Virus record (IMG/VR): IMGVR_UViG_3300033067_000538
Coordinates: 1 to 25,650 of that record
Length of the DNA: 25,650 nucleotides
DNA from: a virus
Lineage: Duplodnaviria; Caudoviricetes
Reading direction: 5' to 3' (one strand)
Shown here: piece after piece, positions 25,335 through 25,650 of the stretch
Layout of the letters: each line of letters starts with the position of its first letter
Numbering within the stretch: the stretch's first letter is position 1
Translations under genes and position numbers: made by a program
Notes under the pieces: generated by a model
Told to the model about the DNA's origin: nothing
Databases searched by the model: none
Seen by the model: only the letters and a program-made list of their open reading frames with translations

Positions 25335-25409
25335 GGCCCGCACGCAACTTTTTGTCAGTCTGTCAGTTGACAATGTAAGACTGTCACCTTACATCATGCT
25401 TATCGAACC
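25335..25409 (+). repeat. 75-bp promoter repeat, copy 2
   Basis: TTGACA (25367-25372), 17 bp, TACATC, overlapped by the inverted repeat TGTAAG-N8-CTTACA (25374-25393). Confidence 0.9.
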
Positions 25410-25426
25410 AAACGGAGACCCGCCAA

Positions 25427-25618
25427 ATGTGCGACGAGACAGACAGAGACGAAAACTTCATCGCCCTCCCCGACATGGACGCTTTCGAGGCGTTCTGGGA
25501 AGCAAACGCAGAGGCGCTTGACATGGACCGTGCTACGGCACTCGCCCTCGCGATGAACTGCAACCTTGTCATCGGCGGAGGCGCTGCCCCGCTCTTTCGT
25601 ATCGGTTTCATCGACTGA
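25427..25618 (+). CDS. small acidic early hypothetical protein (63 aa)
   Basis: GGAGA RBS after promoter repeat 2. Confidence 0.65.
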   Translation: MCDETDRDENFIALPDMDAFEAFWEANAEALDMDRATALALAMNCNLVIGGGAAPLFRIGFID

Positions 25619-25650
25619 AAGGCCCCAAGCCCAAAATGACCGACAGACTC

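Noticed and set aside
24794-25409. CRISPR array or att sites
   Set aside because: Only two 75-bp copies 541 bp apart, each containing a promoter. No cas or integrase gene is present.

Overview
This window is the late (virion and lysis) region of a high-GC, short-tailed (podovirus-type) dsDNA phage or prophage. The host is probably alphaproteobacterial, which is an inference. Nearly all genes from 24703 down to 897 are on the minus strand and many are translationally coupled. In order they are: terminase small subunit, free-standing HNH-AP2 endonuclease, three small accessory genes, a split tail-fibre module, a lysis cassette, an intein-containing terminase large subunit, portal, scaffold, major capsid, decoration protein, adaptor, nozzle, two GNAT-fold proteins and four internal/ejection proteins. 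The left end carries a convergent + strand cassette: a small membrane peptide, a C4-like antisense RNA with cognate target sites, and an antirepressor-like gene. The right end starts a divergent early region with a duplicated 75-bp promoter. The main finding is a 266-aa TerL intein with no in-frame endonuclease that instead hides a complete endonuclease VII-type nuclease gene in another reading frame of the same strand. Also notable are a shared C-terminal (G/S)VF(D) tail on TerS, TerL and both nucleases, and a TGTCAGTC operator-like motif at most promoters. All product calls come from motif recognition and synteny; no database search was run.
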